From positions 7,254-71,253 of the forward strand of contig DKVL01000011.1 in NCBI GenBank assembly GCA_002491195.1: 64,000 bases of DNA, given 5' to 3'. Below the pieces are notes generated by a model. It searched no databases. It was not told the DNA's origin and saw nothing but the letters and a program-made list of their open reading frames with translations. This DNA comes from Lachnospiraceae bacterium UBA7179. Its GTDB lineage: Bacteria; Bacillota; Clostridia; Lachnospirales; Lachnospiraceae. Both the position numbers and the translations under genes were made by a program. Within the stretch, counting starts at the first letter, position 1. Each line of letters starts with the position of its first letter. This document shows positions 38,245 to 48,203 of the stretch, one piece after another.

Positions 38245-40791
38245 ATGACTGGGAATTACCTGGATCTAATGATTGTATTTACGACACTGCTGCTCAGTGT
38301 CCTCTGTATCATAGGCGGCAGCACGCTGCGGCTGTTCTACCACCGGGAGGTTTCTCTCGAGTACCTTGGGTGGGGAACTCTGCTTGCTGCCGCCTGGAAC
38401 TTTTCCAATTCTGCCGCCGGACAATATCTGTTTCCAGAAACGGCAGATTACCTGACATTTTTCACAACCATATTTCTACCACTTCCGTTTTTTCTGTATC
38501 TGAATACACTTCAGCAAAAACGCTATCAAAAAATGTATCGGGTATTGGTAATGGCTGTACTTCTGGAAACTGTGATATTGACAGTATTACAGCTGACAGG
38601 ACTATATGGTACTGCGAAAAGTGTCTTTCTCATCCTACTTTTGCTCAGCCTGTATATGGTGTGTACAATGGCAACAATACTGATCGATCTATATCACAGG
38701 CGAATCCGAGATTATCTTCTGGCAGCGCTTGGGCTGACATTTATCTGGATTGTATGCCTTACACGGCTTGTCCCTTATTTCCTGCTGAACCGAAAACTAC
38801 GGGACAATGTATTGCTGCCGTTCGGACTGATCTTTCTACTGCTGCTTGCCATGATCAATACCATTCATGAATTGATCCAGATGGAACGCCAGAGACAACA
38901 GGCCATTGCAGCCAGTGATGCGAAAGGTCGTTTTCTCGCCAATATGTCGCATGAGATCCGCACGCCCATCAACGCAGTGCTTGGCATGGATACCATGATC
39001 CTGCGGGAGACAAAAGAAGCCCAGATCAAAGAATACGCACTGGATATCCAGAATGCTGGTCAAAGCCTGCTCTCCCTCATCAACGATATCCTGGATCTGT
39101 CCAAGATTGAATCCGGCAAACTGGAACTGATCGAGGAAGAATATGATTTCAGCAGTCTGATCCACGACATTATGAATATGATTTCCATGAAAGCTGAAAA
39201 CAAAGGACTCACTGTTCACCTGTCCATCGAAGAACAGCTGCCGTCACGGCTGTGGGGCGATGATGTGCGGCTCCGACAGGTTCTGATCAACCTCATGAAT
39301 AATGCAGTGAAGTACACCGAACAAGGCAGCGTTACACTATCAGTCGAAGGTAATTCTATCGCAGAAACAGAAACTGTTTCCTTAACCTTTCACGTAAGAG
39401 ACACTGGTATCGGAATCAAACAGGAGGATATCTCGAAGCTCTTTGCAGAATTTGAGCGAATCGAAGAGCAGCGGAACCGGAATATCGAAGGCACCGGCCT
39501 TGGCATGAGCATTACCACGCAACTACTTGATCTGATGAACAGCCGCCTTCAGGTGGAAAGCGTCTATGGCGAGGGCTCTGACTTCTATTTCACCCTGGAC
39601 CAGAAGATCATCAGTACAGAGCCAATTGGCAATCTGGAGGAACGGATCCGCAGACAGGCCAAGGACTATTCCTACCAGACCATGCTGACCGCCCCAGATG
39701 CACACCTGCTCGTCGTGGACGACAATGCCATGAACCGCCGTGTATTCAAAAATCTTTTAAAGGCAACCCGTGTGCAGATCGATGAGGCGGGGAGCGGCAT
39801 GGAATGTCTGACGCTCACACGCCAGAACCACTACGACCTGATCTTTCTGGATCACATGATGCCAGATATGGATGGTATCGAAACGCTGCATCGGCTTATG
39901 CAGGAAACGGACTCTCCCTGTCGATCCACGCCGGTTATCGCACTGACAGCCAATGCTGTCACAGGCGCAAAGGAAATGTATCTAAGCGAAGGGTTCCACA
40001 GCTTTTTATCCAAACCAGTCAATCCCGAAAAGCTGGAAAAAATGCTGCTCGACCTGCTACCCGACGATAAAATAGTGCCCGGTAAACCATCAGACGGCAA
40101 TTCGGATGCAGGCATCTTCACGACAGACGATACACAGAGCACTGATTCTGAATCGGAATACGAATTCCCGGAAATTGACGGATTGGACTGGGATTATGCC
40201 CGACTGCATCTCAAGGACCCGGAACTTCTATTCGAAACCATCCGGGATTTCTACCGCGCAATGGACACCGACCACGATATGCTGTTGAAGTTTCTTGAAC
40301 AGATCCAGAACGATGACGCAGACGCACTCAGACAGTTTAAAGTACGTGTCCATTCGATGAAAAGCTCTGCTGCCATGATTGGTGCCACATCCCTGTCAGG
40401 CATTGCAAAAATGTTGGAGTATGCAGCAAGAGACGGGAGAACTGACATTCTATTCTCCGTAACTCCGTATTTTCTGGAAGAATGGAAACATATGAAAGCA
40501 CGGCTACGCCCCCTTGCAGACGAACCGGCAAGTCATACAGACCTCCAGAAACCACAGGCAGACTTAAAAATCATACAGGAATATTTCCCAATGCTGGATC
40601 TGGCAATGCAGGGTATGGATATTGACACTGCTGACGAAATCATGCGCCACCTGGAGACATTTCAATATCCGGAACCAGTACTTGCGCTGATCAAACAGCT
40701 TAGTCTGGCTGTTACCAATTTAGATGCAGGTCAGACAACAGAACTAATTACAAACTTGAAAAAAACGATCAATGAAATATCAACGATCTAG
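38245..40791 (+). CDS. Hybrid membrane histidine kinase (HisKA-HATPase-REC-Hpt)
   Basis: FLANMSHEIRTP, NAVKYT, DTGIGI, GTGLG, LVVDD..DHMMP, VHSMKS; start trimmed to MTGNY. Confidence 0.93.
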   Translation: MTGNYLDLMIVFTTLLLSVLCIIGGSTLRLFYHREVSLEYLGWGTLLAAAWNFSNSAAGQYLFPETADYLTFFTTIFLPLPFFLYLNTLQQKRYQKMYRVLVMAVLLETVILTVLQLTGLYGTAKSVFLILLLLSLYMVCTMATILIDLYHRRIRDYLLAALGLTFIWIVCLTRLVPYFLLNRKLRDNVLLPFGLIFLLLLAMINTIHELIQMERQRQQAIAASDAKGRFLANMSHEIRTPINAVLGMDTMILRETKEAQIKEYALDIQNAGQSLLSLINDILDLSKIESGKLELIEEEYDFSSLIHDIMNMISMKAENKGLTVHLSIEEQLPSRLWGDDVRLRQVLINLMNNAVKYTEQGSVTLSVEGNSIAETETVSLTFHVRDTGIGIKQEDISKLFAEFERIEEQRNRNIEGTGLGMSITTQLLDLMNSRLQVESVYGEGSDFYFTLDQKIISTEPIGNLEERIRRQAKDYSYQTMLTAPDAHLLVVDDNAMNRRVFKNLLKATRVQIDEAGSGMECLTLTRQNHYDLIFLDHMMPDMDGIETLHRLMQETDSPCRSTPVIALTANAVTGAKEMYLSEGFHSFLSKPVNPEKLEKMLLDLLPDDKIVPGKPSDGNSDAGIFTTDDTQSTDSESEYEFPEIDGLDWDYARLHLKDPELLFETIRDFYRAMDTDHDMLLKFLEQIQNDDADALRQFKVRVHSMKSSAAMIGATSLSGIAKMLEYAARDGRTDILFSVTPYFLEEWKHMKARLRPLADEPASHTDLQKPQADLKIIQEYFPMLDLAMQGMDIDTADEIMRHLETFQYPEPVLALIKQLSLAVTNLDAGQTTELITNLKKTINEISTI

Positions 40792-40810
40792 GATAACCAG
40801 GAGGTAAACA

Positions 40811-41554
40811 ATGAAAAAAATATTAATTATCGGAGACCTAGGCAATTCAGAAAAAAACCTGTCAGACTATCTGTCCGACGAATATCAGGTGCAGTTATGC
40901 ACGAAACAGCTTGACAATATTCAGGCCATGACAGGAATCCTAAAACCGGATCTGGCAATTCTGTCCCATTTGGAGGATCCACAGGACCAACCCATTCTCG
41001 ACTGGTTTCATGAGAAGCACGAAAAGCTTCCTGTACTGATCATTGTCGGCAGCAAGGACGCACAACAGCACAAGGAACTCTTCGAAAAAGAACAATTCAG
41101 CAAATTGGCTCCCCCGATCACGAAGACCAGTGTGCAGAACAAATGCCGCCAGCTTTTAAAAACTGGCAAAGTATCCAGATACACTTCCGACAAAAAGAAA
41201 ATCTTGATCGTGGATGACACCCCTGTAATGCTCCGAAATCTCAAAGCGATGTTGGAGAATACATATGATGTCATACTCGCCACATCCGGAAGGCAGGCCC
41301 TGGGCGCTATTCCCCAGGAGCAGCCTGACTTGGTCCTGTTAGACTATGAGATGCCAGAAATGAATGGTCATGAAGTCTTTGAAACAATGCTTGCCGACGA
41401 GGACATGCGGCACATTCCAGTCGTATTCCTGACAAGTGTATCTGACCGCAAAGCCGTCTTTTCGATCTTGCAGTCAAAACCGGCCGGTTATATTCTCAAA
41501 CCGGCTGACCAGGAAAAATTATTGAGTACCGTCCAGGAAGTCTTAAACCAATAA
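40811..41554 (+). CDS. Tandem receiver-domain response regulator (degenerate REC + REC, no output domain)
   Basis: ILIVDD, LLDYEMP, FLT, YILKP. Confidence 0.88.
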   Translation: MKKILIIGDLGNSEKNLSDYLSDEYQVQLCTKQLDNIQAMTGILKPDLAILSHLEDPQDQPILDWFHEKHEKLPVLIIVGSKDAQQHKELFEKEQFSKLAPPITKTSVQNKCRQLLKTGKVSRYTSDKKKILIVDDTPVMLRNLKAMLENTYDVILATSGRQALGAIPQEQPDLVLLDYEMPEMNGHEVFETMLADEDMRHIPVVFLTSVSDRKAVFSILQSKPAGYILKPADQEKLLSTVQEVLNQ

Positions 41555-41575
41555 TTCTTTCCATTTGATTTTTGT

Positions 41576-41616
41576 ACAGGCAGCCGCCAGAGTACTCAAC
41601 TCTGACGGCTGCCTGT
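41576..41616. terminator. Stem-loop between convergent genes
   Basis: ACAGGCAGCCG...CGGCTGCCTGT. Confidence 0.7.
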
Positions 41617-41619
41617 TAT

Positions 41620-42987
41620 CTAACATAACCTTATTATATCCCCCTCCCCCCACTCCATTAACAATGCAGCCGCTCCTGTCACAAACGGTGTTGCAAACGA
41701 AGTCCCCGACACCTGTTCATAACCGCCATTTGGCATGGGTACGGTAATGCCCACCCCTGGCGCGGTCAGGTCAGGCTTCACGTCCGCGATAATCTGCTGT
41801 CCTCCCGCAGTATCTGTTCTCCCGTCGCCATACCTGTACACATATCCTCTTCCCGAAAAATCCGCGTAACTCCTGCGCGGCACATCGTATGCACCGACTG
41901 TGATGGCACGCCTCGCCGTCGAGGGAATCGTGATTGTCATCTCTGGCGTCGGCAGGACAAATCCGGTTGCAGTACTTCTCGCCGCATAGCTTGGAAGATA
42001 CAACCTGTATTCCCCTGTAACCAGCGATACCGGCTGAAGCTCTATGCGCCACACGCCGCTGTTCAGATAACTTCCTGTTGGTATCATGTCAATAAAAATT
42101 TCCTGCTGCACATTATAGGGAAGCGGTTTTCCCAGATAACACAGCAGCTGCGTCTGCTCCAATGTCCGTCTGATCGTCTGCGCTTCCCTGATATTAGAAA
42201 GCTCTATTGTCATCTGCTCTCCACCGGGTGAGATGACAACCAGATGAAACACATCCTGATAAAACTTCCACAGCTGAATGCTAAGCCCTGTCTCATAATC
42301 GGATACCGTAAGCTCCACTGTGCGGCTGCTGTTCTGCACGACCCCCGCCGTATGCCCTCCCGACGTGCCCTCATTCCCACTTCCTATAATAATGGCGCTT
42401 CTCCCAATCTCGGAAGCGTTATCAATAAACCGTTCCAGCAGCGAGTTTCCCTGATGATCGCCATAGGTATTTCCAAAACTTAAATTGATCGCCACCGGTC
42501 TGCCCAATTCCACACCCAGATTCACTGCATAGTTGATTCCCCGCATGAGCTGTGTTGTTCTCGGAAAAGAATCCGCCTGGGGATTACCTAATTTGATGAT
42601 TAGCAGATCCGCCTTTGCCGCCACACCCATTCCTGTACCCGCCGCCACGCCTGCCACCGCAGTCCCATGCCCTGACAGATCAAAAACAGGCACCAGCCTT
42701 TGACCGCTCCCGCGCCCCAAAGCCAGTGCCTCATTAATCATTTCTCTCGTATAGAGTACTCCCTCACGGTATCCGGCAGGCGGCATTCTTCCTTGTCCTT
42801 CATCCTGCTGTCCTGTCTGATCCCATATCGCCAGAATGCGCGTCCGCCCATCTGCGCCGCGAAACTCTGGCAGGAAGTAATCAATTCCGCTGTCAAGTAC
42901 CGCGATAATCACATTCTCACCTGTAAGATACGGCTCCTGCTGTGTCACCTGTGTAATGCAGGACTGCGCCTTCTCCAAATCATTCAT
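41620..42987 (-). CDS. Csp-type S8 subtilase catalytic region, lacking prodomain and truncated after LLMEWG
   Basis: Triad motifs LDSGID, GHGTAVAG, SGTSFATP; GAGG SD before MNDLEKAQSC; ends about 25 aa after the catalytic Ser with an unrelated 8-aa tail. Confidence 0.85.
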   Translation of the reverse strand: MNDLEKAQSCITQVTQQEPYLTGENVIIAVLDSGIDYFLPEFRGADGRTRILAIWDQTGQQDEGQGRMPPAGYREGVLYTREMINEALALGRGSGQRLVPVFDLSGHGTAVAGVAAGTGMGVAAKADLLIIKLGNPQADSFPRTTQLMRGINYAVNLGVELGRPVAINLSFGNTYGDHQGNSLLERFIDNASEIGRSAIIIGSGNEGTSGGHTAGVVQNSSRTVELTVSDYETGLSIQLWKFYQDVFHLVVISPGGEQMTIELSNIREAQTIRRTLEQTQLLCYLGKPLPYNVQQEIFIDMIPTGSYLNSGVWRIELQPVSLVTGEYRLYLPSYAARSTATGFVLPTPEMTITIPSTARRAITVGAYDVPRRSYADFSGRGYVYRYGDGRTDTAGGQQIIADVKPDLTAPGVGITVPMPNGGYEQVSGTSFATPFVTGAAALLMEWGEGDIIRLC

Positions 42988-43024
42988 AAGAACCCTCACG
43001 CGCCATTTTCAAAAATCTTACTAT

Positions 43025-43053
43025 CATCATATGCCGCGCAAACAGGTTATGTA
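43025..43053 (-). promoter_or_regulatory. Candidate sporulation sigma-K-type promoter of the subtilase gene
   Basis: TACA-N16-CATATGATG. Confidence 0.45.
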
Positions 43054-43060
43054 CCTTGTA

Positions 43061-44779
43061 TTATATCTTGAATTTACTCATTAAAGCTACCATGGACTCA
43101 ACCTGTGCCTTCTGTTGCTCACTGACCGCCGCTGTCTCCTCCGACGTTGCTGAATTATTATCCACAATTCCCGCTACAACCCCGATGCTTTCATTGATAT
43201 GGGCGATACTCTCCACTTCTTTCTGCAGCTTCTCAACAATACCATGGATGCGGCCTGTCGTCTCCTCGGCACCCATCTGTACCTCTTCCATATTGACAGC
43301 TGCCTCGTGGGATACCCTCACCCCGATCTCCACAGACTGAACCGTCCGTGCAATCAGTTCCGATGTCTGCCCGACTGCATTCTGGGACGCTTCCGCCAGT
43401 TTCTTAACCTGCTCCGCCACTACTGCAAATCCTTTTCCCGCTTCGCCTGCCCTCGCAGACTCAATGGAAGCATTCAGGGAAAGCATATCGATCTCATCAC
43501 CGATCTCCGATATTGCCGCCATGACCGAAATAATCTGGTCGGAACACTTGCTGATCTCCTGCATGGCACCCTGAAGCTCGCCCATTTTCTGACTACTTAC
43601 AATCAGCGTAGAACTAGCCAGATTGGCTATCTTTACGGCCTCCTCTGCCTCTTTTTCATTATACTCAATACTGTCGCCAAGCTCTGTCAACAGCATCATC
43701 AGATCAGAAACCTCTGTCGCCTGCCCGGTGCACGCCACTGCCAGATCATCTGCCGCGGCTGCAAGCTGTCCAGATCCACTGTCGATCTCCTTTGCAACTT
43801 CCTGTATCGTGCTGACCGTACTGCGCATCTCCTCCACAATTCTATTCAGGGAATCCCTGATTTTTACATATTCACCAACATAATTCTGTTTGACCGCCAC
43901 AATATAATTTCCCTGTCCCATCTGTTCCAGGATATAAGAAATCTCATCAATGATCGCTGTCATATTATCTTTCATAAACCGAATGGCCGCAACCATGTTT
44001 CCAACCTCACTGTCATCCTCTTTCAAATCAAAGTCAGCGTGCAGATTGCCGTCGGCAAGCAGCGTCATCTGTTCAGAGACCTTAATGATCGGGGTAAGCA
44101 ATTCCGCCTGCGAAAAATTGATCGTCCGCATGCACTGCTGTGCCAGCCTGATAAAACCTGCCAGAAAAGCAATCGCACAGATAATCTGCAGGATCATAAA
44201 CATCTTCTTTAAGAAATCCAGACGATTTTGTATTTCCATAATGACCGTATCTGTCATAGAATTGATCTTCTGAATTGTGTTGGCATACTCTTCCCCAAAC
44301 ACAAACTCGATTGCGGAATCTGTGTTGCCCGCTGCCACCGCCGCCATCGCCTCCTCCTCAAGAGGCACCAGATTATTAGAAAGAGAGGCAATCTCATTGA
44401 GATCCGCCCACTCATCCGCCTTGATGTTATTCCCCTCCAGGCCTGCCCACGCAACGTCTCTGTTCTTGTCCGTATTTAACTCCCGCATATAATCGTCATA
44501 ATACATTGTATCGCCAGTAACCGCATAAGACTGCACTGCTGTCGTCAGCGCCTTGGAACCCAGACGGTACTGATTCAGGTACATCGTACTCTCCAGCTGC
44601 TCATTGGAGACAAACGCATAGCTGATACTGGCGAAAAACAACAGTACAAGCAAAACAATACCAAGCACTAATGAAAATCTTGTCTGCTTCACGATCTTTC
44701 TCAAACGCGCGACCTGACTATTCTTCCCTAATACCTTACCGTTAGCTATTTCATCTTTTCTTTCCATACCTGTAACCAT
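43061..44779 (-). CDS. Methyl-accepting chemotaxis protein
   Basis: Two TMs, HAMP, LSLNASIESARAGEAGKGFAVVAEQVKKLA. Confidence 0.95.
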   Translation of the reverse strand: MVTGMERKDEIANGKVLGKNSQVARLRKIVKQTRFSLVLGIVLLVLLFFASISYAFVSNEQLESTMYLNQYRLGSKALTTAVQSYAVTGDTMYYDDYMRELNTDKNRDVAWAGLEGNNIKADEWADLNEIASLSNNLVPLEEEAMAAVAAGNTDSAIEFVFGEEYANTIQKINSMTDTVIMEIQNRLDFLKKMFMILQIICAIAFLAGFIRLAQQCMRTINFSQAELLTPIIKVSEQMTLLADGNLHADFDLKEDDSEVGNMVAAIRFMKDNMTAIIDEISYILEQMGQGNYIVAVKQNYVGEYVKIRDSLNRIVEEMRSTVSTIQEVAKEIDSGSGQLAAAADDLAVACTGQATEVSDLMMLLTELGDSIEYNEKEAEEAVKIANLASSTLIVSSQKMGELQGAMQEISKCSDQIISVMAAISEIGDEIDMLSLNASIESARAGEAGKGFAVVAEQVKKLAEASQNAVGQTSELIARTVQSVEIGVRVSHEAAVNMEEVQMGAEETTGRIHGIVEKLQKEVESIAHINESIGVVAGIVDNNSATSEETAAVSEQQKAQVESMVALMSKFKI

Positions 44780-44987
44780 ATCCTTTCAACTTCTTACATA
44801 GCCCCTATTTGGAAAAAATACCATACCCATACTGCAATTTTATAGTTACAAGCAAAAAAAGTTTACAAAATATCTAAATCGTATAACTTTTTCTATGATA
44901 TTCTTAGCAAATATTAACTATCATTATACTTGATAAAAGAACAATGGTCAACCAATATTACCAAAATGCAAAAATAAAATAAAGATT

Positions 44988-45422
44988 TTATAAAAACTCC
45001 CGGATATCCAGTGTCAGTTTTTCCTCAATATTGATCAGCTGCTTTGTGATATCCTTGGACTTCTCGTCTGCTGCTTTGTACTGATTCAGGTACTTGTGCA
45101 GTGTCTTGACGCCCATATTGCAGCCGTCTGTCATCAGGTCCGCGATCGTGTGGTCCGACTCATTCATGACAAGCTTTACATTTGTCTTCATCCATGACAT
45201 ACTCTTTGCCATGACATTCGGCTCCTTCCCGTCATCATGGTATTCCGTGAGCAGCACCTCGATCTCGCCCTTTAATTTTTCGTGTTTCGCCTTGCAATCT
45301 TCCAGGCATTTACGCAGCTTGTCGTGGCTTACGTACTCCATCACTTCATCGATTGACGACACGCCCATCTTAATCCCTGCATCGCACTCCCGCAAAAGCC
45401 TGATTGTATCCTGTTCTACCAT
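44988..45422 (-). CDS. Conserved ferritin-like hypothetical protein of Clostridia
   Basis: DT..LL.EC.AG.KMG, IA.LM.DGCNMG...L..YLN.Y; AGGAGG upstream of MVEQD. Confidence 0.7.
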   Translation of the reverse strand: MVEQDTIRLLRECDAGIKMGVSSIDEVMEYVSHDKLRKCLEDCKAKHEKLKGEIEVLLTEYHDDGKEPNVMAKSMSWMKTNVKLVMNESDHTIADLMTDGCNMGVKTLHKYLNQYKAADEKSKDITKQLINIEEKLTLDIREFL

Positions 45423-45502
45423 TCCTTGATACCTCCTGATTTTCATATATTTTTACAAGATCAGTATCTCCACCTTTGCGGTATTTATCCACTGATATCG
45501 TG

Positions 45503-46198
45503 CTATTCCCTGTTGGTACATGTCTGAAACAATCCGACTACCATCAAAATGATCGCAACAATTTGTATGATATACTTCACTCCATGCGGAATGACATCAA
45601 CGAGCAACATCGCACAACCGTTCATCAACACTCCGATTGCCATAAGCGCTGAGATTTTGAGGCATCTGCCCTTTTTCTCAATTCCGGTCAATCGGATATT
45701 CAGTTTGTCAATTGTATCATTCAATCTCACTAACGCATTCAGCATTCCCACCAAAAAAGCCCCGATCAAAAGCGCAAAGGCATATCCCAGCCGGAACCCT
45801 CCGAAAGCTCCACAATATAGCTCAATAAAAAGGCAGATCATTTCTATGATTGTTACCACCTTGAACATCCTGCGGATTTTTTTGTAATGTTTGATGCTCG
45901 AAGCCGCATCGGTATACAGCTCGAATGTCCCTTCGGACACCCTTTTGCGCAGGATCACCCAATACCCCCATGTCTGAATAATCTCAATACCTGTATCCTG
46001 CATCAGTTCCCTGTAATCGCTGCTGACAGAAAACAGCCTGTCGCCAAAATCGATCTGGTAGCGGTATGCACCCATTTCACATTTCCCAAAACTGTAAAAT
46101 CCGGCAAAAAAGCGTTTCATCGCCCATCCGTCCGCCGCCATCTGATTGAGCCACTCTGTCTCCGCGTCCTTGTCAAAGTATAAACGAAACCTGATCAT
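45503..46198 (-). CDS. DUF2812 membrane protein
   Basis: E..WLN.MA..GW, Y.YQID, FELYTD; follows padR. Confidence 0.85.
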   Translation of the reverse strand: MIRFRLYFDKDAETEWLNQMAADGWAMKRFFAGFYSFGKCEMGAYRYQIDFGDRLFSVSSDYRELMQDTGIEIIQTWGYWVILRKRVSEGTFELYTDAASSIKHYKKIRRMFKVVTIIEMICLFIELYCGAFGGFRLGYAFALLIGAFLVGMLNALVRLNDTIDKLNIRLTGIEKKGRCLKISALMAIGVLMNGCAMLLVDVIPHGVKYIIQIVAIILMVVGLFQTCTNRE

Positions 46199-46215
46199 TT
46201 CCTGATTCCTCCCCT

Positions 46216-46533
46216 TTATTCATTCCTCATAAGCGCCGCGTTGCGCAGCAGTTCTTCCAGCCGCATTCGCTCCGTCTCAAAGACCTCTTTCCCCAGGTCT
46301 GTGATCCTATACTCTTTTTTCTTTCTGGATTCTGTGTCAACACTGTAGATGTCGATCCACTTCTTTTTCTGAAGTGTCTGGAGCGCACCATACAAAGTCC
46401 CGGCGCCTAGCACGACACGCCCGTTTGTCAGCTGCTCTACTTCCTGAATAATTCCATAACCATGATTGGGCTTTCGCACAGCCAGAAGGATATAATATAC
46501 TGCTTCCGTCAGCGGACTATCTTTTTCTCCCAT
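46216..46533 (-). CDS. PadR-family transcriptional regulator
   Basis: LTEA.YYILL...HGYGI, GAGTLYG.L, RKK.Y.IT..G. Confidence 0.93.
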   Translation of the reverse strand: MGEKDSPLTEAVYYILLAVRKPNHGYGIIQEVEQLTNGRVVLGAGTLYGALQTLQKKKWIDIYSVDTESRKKKEYRITDLGKEVFETERMRLEELLRNAALMRNE

Positions 46534-46767
46534 CTGATCACCTCCTCTATAATCGTTATTTTATTGCATCCCTATATACCATTAACTAAGGAACCGTTAA
46601 TAAATTACTCATGACAATGACTTGTCTTTTTCTCCAATTGCACGTATCAAAAAGCCTCGCCTAAGGCATTGCCTTTTATGCCTTTGCCTCCTACGCCTAC
46701 GTTTTTTAATATGCACACCCGAAGAAATATCCTGCGCAAGCTACATATGCTATTGTACTGTATCCAA

Positions 46768-46960
46768 TATATTATAAGAAGCAAGAACAGCTTCTTATAA
46801 TCAGATGCACGGCGCAAAGGTCGCGCCTTTTATCAGAAGTAAAGGGCACTTCTGATAAGTTATATTATAAAAAGCAAAAGCAGCTTTTTATAATCAGATG
46901 CACGGCGCAAAGGTCGCGCCTTTTATCAGAAGTAAAGGACACTTCTGATAAGTTATATTA
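46768..46960. repeat. Two tandem 93-bp units, each with three hairpins (REP-like)
   Basis: Units start at 46768 and 46861: TTATAAGAAGC-N7-GCTTCTTATAA, GGCGC-N7-GCGCC, TTATCAGAAGT-N7-ACTTCTGATAA. Confidence 0.85.
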
Positions 46961-46984
46961 TCAACTGATATGTATATTGAATTT

Positions 46985-47044
46985 AATATATCGTCGACTG
47001 ATATATTCTGTATTCAATATATCAGTCAGCGATATATTTGTCAA
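46985..47044 (-). promoter_or_regulatory. sigma-A promoter (TTGACA-17-TATATT) overlapped by two palindromic operators, probably PadR sites
   Basis: AATATATCGTCGACTGATATATT (46985-47007) and AATATATCAGTCAGCGATATATT (47016-47038). Confidence 0.7.
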
Positions 47045-47119
47045 GAAAAAATCAGGAAACTTTGCAACTTGTTTTTGTTTCCAAAATTTCCTGACTTTCC
47101 TGTCTTATTTTAATGCAGT

Positions 47120-48022
47120 TTAACTTTTCTTTTTGACTGGTCTAAGAACCTCATATCCGATTACCTCCGGATAGTGGCGCTGATAATCCTGGCAGACCTC
47201 CTCATTCCACTCGTAACCCTTTGTTGACGGATCAAAATTCCATGCCAGCGTTTCCACCCTGTTCATCACTTCGCCACAATCCTTGAGATAGTCAAATGGC
47301 GGATGAAAAAAGACCAGATAATCGCTTGCCGGAATCGTGCGGATCTCGAATCCCTCTGGTATCACTCCGTCATAGTCCGCCGGCACGCCAAATCCATAAA
47401 AGTAGCCCTTTATGCCATTGTCATAAAACCAGCCCGCCGTGTGACAGGTGACGATTGGGTGCGATACATGGCTCATACTGTCGATCGTACCGCAGACCAC
47501 ATCGCAGTCATGCCGCCCGAAAAAACTCCCATAATCGCTCGCACCCTTATCCCAGATTCCAATGTACTTGTGCTCCGGAATGTGCTCTACCCTGATATGG
47601 GCCTCTGTCAAAAGTGTTTTGTTCATCGTGATTCCTCCTCTATTCCCATAATGCTCCGGGAAGAACACAACCTGTCGGTTGGAGAGCGCGACTGGCACTG
47701 GATTTTTCCGGTATGCGGCGGGCGTGCACCCATATGCGCTGACAAAAGCCCTCGTCAGCGCTTCCTGTGAGGAATATCCGTATTTCACTGCAATGTCCAG
47801 TATCCTATCCTCTGTGTCGCGGATTTCCAGCGTTGCCTGCGCAAGCCGTCTCCCTGCGATGTAATTTCGGATTGTCATCCCAACCACCTCATGAAACTTT
47901 ACCGAACAGTAATATGGCGAATAGCCGATCTGCGCCGACATTTCCTGCAGGGACGGATTTTGTGTCAAATGCTCCTCAATCCAGTAAATCATTGTCTGTA
48001 TTGCTTCATTCCACTCATACAA
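47120..48022 (-). CDS. AraC-family regulator with C-terminal GyrI-like effector domain
   Basis: N-terminal HTH (YI..RRL, ILDIA.KYGY.SQEALTRAF..AYG.TP). Confidence 0.9.
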   Translation of the reverse strand: MYEWNEAIQTMIYWIEEHLTQNPSLQEMSAQIGYSPYYCSVKFHEVVGMTIRNYIAGRRLAQATLEIRDTEDRILDIAVKYGYSSQEALTRAFVSAYGCTPAAYRKNPVPVALSNRQVVFFPEHYGNRGGITMNKTLLTEAHIRVEHIPEHKYIGIWDKGASDYGSFFGRHDCDVVCGTIDSMSHVSHPIVTCHTAGWFYDNGIKGYFYGFGVPADYDGVIPEGFEIRTIPASDYLVFFHPPFDYLKDCGEVMNRVETLAWNFDPSTKGYEWNEEVCQDYQRHYPEVIGYEVLRPVKKKS

Positions 48023-48203
48023 GGCTGTTTCCTCCCTCTATTGTCTAGAGCGTGTTCAAACACGCTCCAGGAACCGTTCAAAAATGACCTATGCATCTTG
48101 ACTTGTCTATTTCTGAATCATTCCTTACAGGAAAAGGATATCACAAAGATTACCACAAAAGCTTGATGTGAATTGTGAACCGGAATACACAGAAACCATA
48201 TTT

